NCBI RefSeq assembly: GCF_004010195.1
Contig: NC_057749.1
Location: 11,633,844 to 11,653,843 of the forward strand
From: Chiloscyllium plagiosum
Lineage: Eukaryota
DNA: 20,000 nucleotides
Reading direction: 5' to 3'
In this document: positions 19,490 to 20,000 of the stretch, in pieces
Layout: every line of letters begins with the position of its first letter
Numbering within the stretch: the stretch's first letter is position 1
Notes under the pieces: generated by a model
The model's database searches: none
Seen by the model: the letters and a program-made list of their open reading frames with translations, nothing else
Told to the model about the DNA's origin: nothing
Made by a program: the position numbers and the translations under genes

Positions 19490-19900
19490 CACATAGAACA
19501 TAGAACAATACAGCACAGAACAGGCCCTTCGGCCCACGATGTTGTGCCGAACTTCTAACCTAGATTAAGTACCCATCCATGTACCTATCCAAATGCTGCT
19601 TAAAGGTCGCCAATGATTCCGACTCTACCACTCCCACGGGCAGCGCATTCCATGCCCCCACCACTCTCTGGGTAAAGAACCCACCCCTGACATCTCCCCT
19701 ATACCTTCCACCCTTCACCTTAAATTTATGTCCCCTTGTAACACTCTGTTGTACCCGGGGAAAAAGTTTCTGACTGTCTACTCTATCTATTCCTCTGATC
19801 ATCTTATAAACCTCTATCAAGTCACCCCTCATCCTTCGCCGTTCCAACGAGAAAAGGCCGAGAACTCTCAAACTATCCTCGTACGACTTCCTCTCCATGG
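19490..19900 (-). mobile_element. CR1 LINE 3' fragment, relatively young
   Basis: Uninterrupted ORF 19560..19898 (SYEDSLRVLGLFSLERRRMRGDLIEVYKM..FFTQRVVGAWNALP), with tail GGGCCGAAGGGCCTG and (GTTCTAT)n terminus. Confidence 0.95.
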
Positions 19901-19917
19901 AATCTTCGTATCATCGT

Positions 19918-19966
19918 TTATATGTGTGTGTATGTGTATGTGTGTGTGTGTGTGTATGTGTGTGTA
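19918..19966. repeat. (TG)n/(TA)n microsatellite
   Basis: TATATGTGTGTGTATGTGTATGTGTGTG... Confidence 0.95.
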
Positions 19967-20000
19967 TAGAACATAGAACATAGAACAATACAGAACAGAA
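19966..20000 (-). mobile_element. 3' terminus of another CR1 copy (continues beyond the window)
   Basis: (ATAGAAC)3 AATACAGAACAGAA, nearly identical to the terminus at 19492-19521. Confidence 0.85.

Noticed and set aside
19490..20000. ATAGAAC direct repeats as LTRs or a CRISPR-like array
   Set aside because: They are the microsatellite termini of two independent CR1 copies, with no spacer periodicity, in a eukaryotic context.

Overview
Vertebrate genomic DNA, almost certainly from a cartilaginous fish (HE1-type V-SINEs, dense CR1 LINEs, shark-type Penelope relics). The only host coding sequence found is a 57-bp, phase-0 exon at 13313-13369 (+) encoding VLLSGLIGVVSWKRPISLV. I recognise it from memory as ENTREP2/FAM189A1, so the window is probably two long introns of that gene. 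Most of the rest is decayed retroelements: a 5'-complete LINE-1 (minus strand, with a YY1 site at its 5' end) apparently inserted into a solo LTR, several CR1 LINEs (some nested), an L2/CR1-group LINE fragment, one long and one short Penelope-like element (PLE), V-SINEs and other tRNA-derived SINEs. The most interesting signal is six dispersed copies of a minimal type-I hammerhead ribozyme motif (CTGANGA-N-hairpin-GAAA-CGTH), whose helix III is a loopless ACGT palindrome. Two copies sit at PLE 3' ends. Four sit in tiny (about 95-145 bp) stand-alone insertions that share a structured 3' module, and one of these has a clean 11-bp target-site duplication. Family names come from recalled motifs, not database searches.
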